This document shows, in pieces, positions 39,412-43,018 of a stretch of DNA of 43,018 nt. Position 1 is the first letter of the stretch. The number at the start of each line of letters is the position of its first letter. The position numbers and the translations under genes are program-made. The notes beneath the pieces were generated by a model. The model was not told the DNA's origin. It worked only from the letters and a program-made list of their open reading frames with translations, and did no database searches. This DNA is from Pontiella sp. (GTDB lineage Bacteria; Verrucomicrobiota; Kiritimatiellia; Kiritimatiellales; Pontiellaceae). Location: assembly GCA_041592955.1 (NCBI GenBank), contig JBFHPA010000001.1, positions 1 through 43,018 on the forward strand, given 5' to 3'.

Positions 39412-40806
39412 ATGCGCATGAATATGCGGTTACGAAAGAAAACAGATCCATCGGTCGTATGGACCCAACGTTGGCTCAGGACTGCGGCCGCGGTCTATCT
39501 ATTATTGGCGATGCCCTCTTTTGCGGATGATGAATTAAAGTCGAAGGAAAAGAGCCATATCGTTTTCAAGAGCGGCGATGGCGTCAAGGATGCACGCCTT
39601 AAACTCGCTCCGTCGGATGTGGCATGGTGGCAGGATGCCAAATTCGGCATGTTCATCCACTGGGGGCTCTATGCAATTCCGGCCACCGGTGAGTGGACCA
39701 TGTTCAATAAAAAAATTCCGGCGGAGGAATATGCCAGACTCGCCGACCGGTTTGTGGCCAAGGACTTCAATGCCGACGCATGGGCGGGGGTTGCCAAGGA
39801 TGCCGGCATGAAATACATGGTGCTCACCGCGCGCCACCACGATGGTTTTGCCCTGTGGGACAGTCCGTCGAGCTATCTAGGCTTCTGCAGCACCAAGACC
39901 GCCGCAAAACGCGATTTCGTGGCGGAATACGTCAAGGCCTGCCGATCCGCCGGGCTGGGAGTGGGGCTCTATTATTCGCCGATGGACTGGCGGTTTCCGG
40001 GATACTTCAAGCCGCGGGAGCTTACAGAAAACGCTGCACTGATGAAAAAGCAGGGCTATGGTCAGGTCGAGGAGCTGATGAAAAACTACGGCAAAATCGA
40101 CATCCTCTGGTACGACGGCGGATGGCTGGCCCATCAGGGCACCGATGCCGACGCGGCCTGGTTCTGGGAACCGCTCAAACTCAACGCCATGGTGCGAAGC
40201 TACCAGCCGCTGGCCATGATCAATCCCCGCTCCGGCTGGGAGGGGGACTTTAAATGCGCCGAAGGCGGGAAACCCATTACCGGCCCGATTATCGACACGC
40301 CTTGGGAAAAGTGCCTGAACCTCAACCAGAGCAGCTGGGGATACAATACGCATCAGAATCTCATGACCCCGCAGGAAGTCATTCGGATGCTGGTCGATGC
40401 GGTCGGCCGCGGCGGGAATGTTCTTTTAAACGTTGGGCCGGATGCCGATGGGGTTATCCCTCCATCGCATGTCGCCACGTTGAAGGAGGTGGGCAATTGG
40501 CTGCAGCGCTTCGGGCAAAGCATCTTTGGAACGCGCCCCGGTCCTTTCCAACCCCTGGACGGGCGCTATAGCGCGACCTTCAAGGAGAATCGGATCTATC
40601 TTCATGTGCTTGAGCCGGGCCGGGATCACAAGTTGGTGCTGCCGCCCACTGCCGAAAAGATCGTGGCCTGTTCGCTGCTGACCGGCGGCGATCTGGAGTG
40701 CGACCAAACCACGTCGGGCATCGAACTGAACATGGCCAATGCGCCGGACGATGGATTTCCTGCCGTGGTTGAGCTGGTGCTGGATCGCAATTGCGTCCGG
40801 CTGTAA
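39412..40806 (+). CDS. GH29 alpha-L-fucosidase (start uncertain)
   Basis: WWQDAKFGMFIHWG, ARHHDGF, ILWYDG and LLNVGP motifs. Confidence 0.93.
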   Translation: MRMNMRLRKKTDPSVVWTQRWLRTAAAVYLLLAMPSFADDELKSKEKSHIVFKSGDGVKDARLKLAPSDVAWWQDAKFGMFIHWGLYAIPATGEWTMFNKKIPAEEYARLADRFVAKDFNADAWAGVAKDAGMKYMVLTARHHDGFALWDSPSSYLGFCSTKTAAKRDFVAEYVKACRSAGLGVGLYYSPMDWRFPGYFKPRELTENAALMKKQGYGQVEELMKNYGKIDILWYDGGWLAHQGTDADAAWFWEPLKLNAMVRSYQPLAMINPRSGWEGDFKCAEGGKPITGPIIDTPWEKCLNLNQSSWGYNTHQNLMTPQEVIRMLVDAVGRGGNVLLNVGPDADGVIPPSHVATLKEVGNWLQRFGQSIFGTRPGPFQPLDGRYSATFKENRIYLHVLEPGRDHKLVLPPTAEKIVACSLLTGGDLECDQTTSGIELNMANAPDDGFPAVVELVLDRNCVRL

Positions 40807-40842
40807 ACGGAATAGTTCGGCAATAGAGAAAAGGACCCGGGA

Positions 40843-41802
40843 ATGAAGATCGTTCTATTTACAGTTATGCTGGCGACAATGGTCACCATGGTGGGAGGTC
40901 GCACGATGGCTGCAACGCCAGAGGATGATGGGGTTGCCTACACTGTCACCGATCTTTACACCGAGGGACCGGGGACAAATCCCTCCTGGCAGGAACTCAT
41001 TGATCAGGGAAAGGTCGTTGTCGGCAAAAAAGACGGAGAGCCTGTCCAAGGAACGAAGATCGATGTGAACAACGCGCTGCTCGAGTCCAGTGTGGGTGAG
41101 GTCAAGGGAACTGTTCGGCCGGACCGGGTCCACACGCACGTCAACAGCAATGTCTACAAGAAGACCTTCGATCAATGGTCACGATGGTACCAGGAGGATG
41201 GCAACACCCAGGTTTTTCGACTCTTCAAAGGCGAGCAGAGCGTCCGGTCTTCGAAAAATATTAAAGCTGGCCGGATCGAGGCCGTTAAGTCCTTCCCAAA
41301 TCCGAAGTCGGGAGAATGGCTTGAATGGCAAGGCACCTATACCATCATCAAGCCCGGAGGCGGCTGCATCTTTCAGATCTTGGTAGACGCACATCCCAAA
41401 ACCGGCGTTGGTGGCCTTTGGCCCGTACACCTAGACCAGTCGTCAGACGGCAACATCTATATGAATCGTCGCCGGCCCAAAGGCGATGAGGAAAAACAGG
41501 TGTTGGTCACCGAGGATGCAATCGGGAAGAATGTCTCATTCAAAGTCCGTTTTGATGGTAAGACAAAGTATGAGGTGTATGCCAAGGTCCATGGGCGGGA
41601 TGACACATTTGTGCTCGTGGGCAAGGGATCCTACCATCAGAACTACGGAGACAAGGTGGGGTTTCGCTGGGGTATCTATCAGGGATCCAAGCCAGGCTCT
41701 AGAATACGGCAGGACTGCATGCTCTTCGTCACCGGAGTGAAGATCAGTTACTCGAAACCAGAGAACTTACTGCCGAGCCAGCCGTCCGACCCTACGCGGT
41801 AA
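40843..41802 (+). CDS. Secreted protein with divergent polysaccharide-lyase-like (PL7-like jelly-roll) motifs
   Basis: Signal peptide; RIE, IFQIL and FRWGIYQG occur in the same order as PL7 RxELR, QIH and YFKAGxYxQ. Confidence 0.5.
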   Translation: MKIVLFTVMLATMVTMVGGRTMAATPEDDGVAYTVTDLYTEGPGTNPSWQELIDQGKVVVGKKDGEPVQGTKIDVNNALLESSVGEVKGTVRPDRVHTHVNSNVYKKTFDQWSRWYQEDGNTQVFRLFKGEQSVRSSKNIKAGRIEAVKSFPNPKSGEWLEWQGTYTIIKPGGGCIFQILVDAHPKTGVGGLWPVHLDQSSDGNIYMNRRRPKGDEEKQVLVTEDAIGKNVSFKVRFDGKTKYEVYAKVHGRDDTFVLVGKGSYHQNYGDKVGFRWGIYQGSKPGSRIRQDCMLFVTGVKISYSKPENLLPSQPSDPTR

Positions 41803-42050
41803 ACCGCGCCGGTCAACGGGGACGTTCTAATTTCCCGGTTCGGCCTTCGTTATTTTCTGCATCAGGACAAGGGCGATACCCGGGCCAACCCGTCGATCCA
41901 GCTTAAAAGGCGAAAATAAGTACAACGCTGTCGGTTCCTTTAAACTTTCCGCTGTGATTTGGTCAGCAAATAAAGATGCATAAAACCCGATTTTTAAAGC
42001 CATTCCTTCATTTCTGTACCCTGCTTCTAGAATTTTGTGAACTTATTTTG

Positions 42051-42075
42051 GTCAGGTTTGCCTTCCTCATCACGA
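42051..42075 (+). promoter_or_regulatory. Degenerate copy of the candidate ECF promoter
   Basis: gtcag gtttgccttcctcat cacga (N15; downstream box 3/5 match). Confidence 0.35.
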
Positions 42076-42100
42076 TTTAATGTAGACCTTTTTTTCGTGT

Positions 42101-42124
42101 GCGGTTCCACGGTTCCGCGGTTCA
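42101..42124. repeat. 8-nt tandem repeat x3 in the leader of the last gene
   Basis: gcggttcc acggttcc gcggttca. Confidence 0.6.
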
Positions 42125-42152
42125 TAAAATAGTACAAAGTGGAGGTAGTAAG

Positions 42153-43018
42153 ATGAGAAAAGCAGTTCGTTTAGCAATGGTGCTGGTTTTGGCGTTGACG
42201 GCAGGTTTTCAAGCCAATGCGACCACGGAAATCCTCAATGTGGATTTCAGTGACGGCACGATCCATTCATGGACGTTTGATGACGCTCCGATCGTTCCTA
42301 CAGCCGTTGCCCGTGATACATGGACGAGAGCGGCGACCATCAACGATAACCAAGATAATACGGACCAGCTCAATATCTACAGTTTCCAGGGACAAATGCG
42401 CGGGATTTCGATCGCGTTGTCGTCCGGTTTTACAGAAGGAACCCGTTATACATTGAGCACGCGGGTGAAGAGAAACTATGTAAACGGCAGCACATTGAAT
42501 CAGCGACTGGTCATCGCGGCGACTCAGGCAGATGCCGGAGCTGGCGATTACATGATGGACAATAGAGGCGGACCTTCTCCGCATCTGTATGAACCGGTTG
42601 TTACGAATGCCGCCGGGTCATCGGTAACTAATGTGCTGAAGAAGATTCTTACCGTGAGCGGCGACTGGCAAACGCTGGCCGACACATTCGTATATACCGC
42701 AGCATTGGGTACGGATGTTGTTGTGCAGGTGCAGGGGTACAATACAGGAGGTGATGTAAACGGTGCTACTGGAACCATCTTTGTTGACGATTTAATTCTG
42801 TCCGACAACCGGGCGCCGGAATTTTCCACAAGTCTGATCGTTGCTTCGACCGGCTATGTCGGGAGTGCCTATTCCGAGTCCATTGCCTCCTTTGCTACGG
42901 ATCTTGAAGGGGATGCAAAAACTTTCGCAAAAGATCCCGGCGACACGAGCTGGGTGGATGTTTCTTCCGCTGGACTGGTTACCGGAACGCCGGATGCTGC
43001 CGGCACGAACGATGTGAC
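42153..43018 (+). CDS. Secreted modular protein (divergent unknown module plus Ig-like repeat), 3' end runs off the window
   Basis: Not in the ORF track. GGAGG RBS; hand translation MRKAVRLAMVLVLALTAGFQANA-TTEILNVDFS...YTLS...IFVDDLILSDNRAPEF...SWVDVSSAGLVTGTP is open to the window end. Confidence 0.85.
   Translation, partial: MRKAVRLAMVLVLALTAGFQANATTEILNVDFSDGTIHSWTFDDAPIVPTAVARDTWTRAATINDNQDNTDQLNIYSFQGQMRGISIALSSGFTEGTRYTLSTRVKRNYVNGSTLNQRLVIAATQADAGAGDYMMDNRGGPSPHLYEPVVTNAAGSSVTNVLKKILTVSGDWQTLADTFVYTAALGTDVVVQVQGYNTGGDVNGATGTIFVDDLILSDNRAPEFSTSLIVASTGYVGSAYSESIASFATDLEGDAKTFAKDPGDTSWVDVSSAGLVTGTPDAAGTNDV

Overview
The window has two parts and probably comes from a PVC-superphylum bacterium (Kiritimatiellota/Verrucomicrobiota-like, inferred from gene content). 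Bases 1-17.8 kb are mostly housekeeping: a partial Na+/solute symporter, Fe-ADH, an FmdB zinc ribbon, a degenerate ABC-class ATPase, dtd, argH, yjbQ, tRNA-Gln(UUG)-prs-rplY-pth-rpsF-ssb-rpsR-rplI-dnaB-bamA, a YhcH-family gene and ligA. Several different 7-nt tandem arrays and one GTAG-type REP pair are scattered through this part. Bases 17.8-43 kb form a polysaccharide-utilization locus: two sulfatases, an FAD oxidoreductase coupled to a flavinylation-motif lipoprotein, two GH16, an ECF sigma/anti-sigma pair, two GH128, GH50, GH29, a lyase-like protein, a PEP-CTERM protein and non-catalytic secreted proteins. Three things stand out. (i) A GTCAG-N15-CGCAA motif lies upstream of the ECF gene and other transcription units of the locus (candidate ECF regulon promoter). 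(ii) A ~190-aa module I do not recognise ('FxYDGxGDV') occurs in four clear copies and one divergent copy across a PEP-CTERM protein, a non-catalytic protein and a GH128, including one recent ~870-bp duplication. (iii) A second unrecognised ~175-aa module is shared by a GH16 and a GH128. Together these suggest a modular surface glycan-capture system with no SusC/SusD pair in the window. All calls come from reading the sequence; no searches were run.
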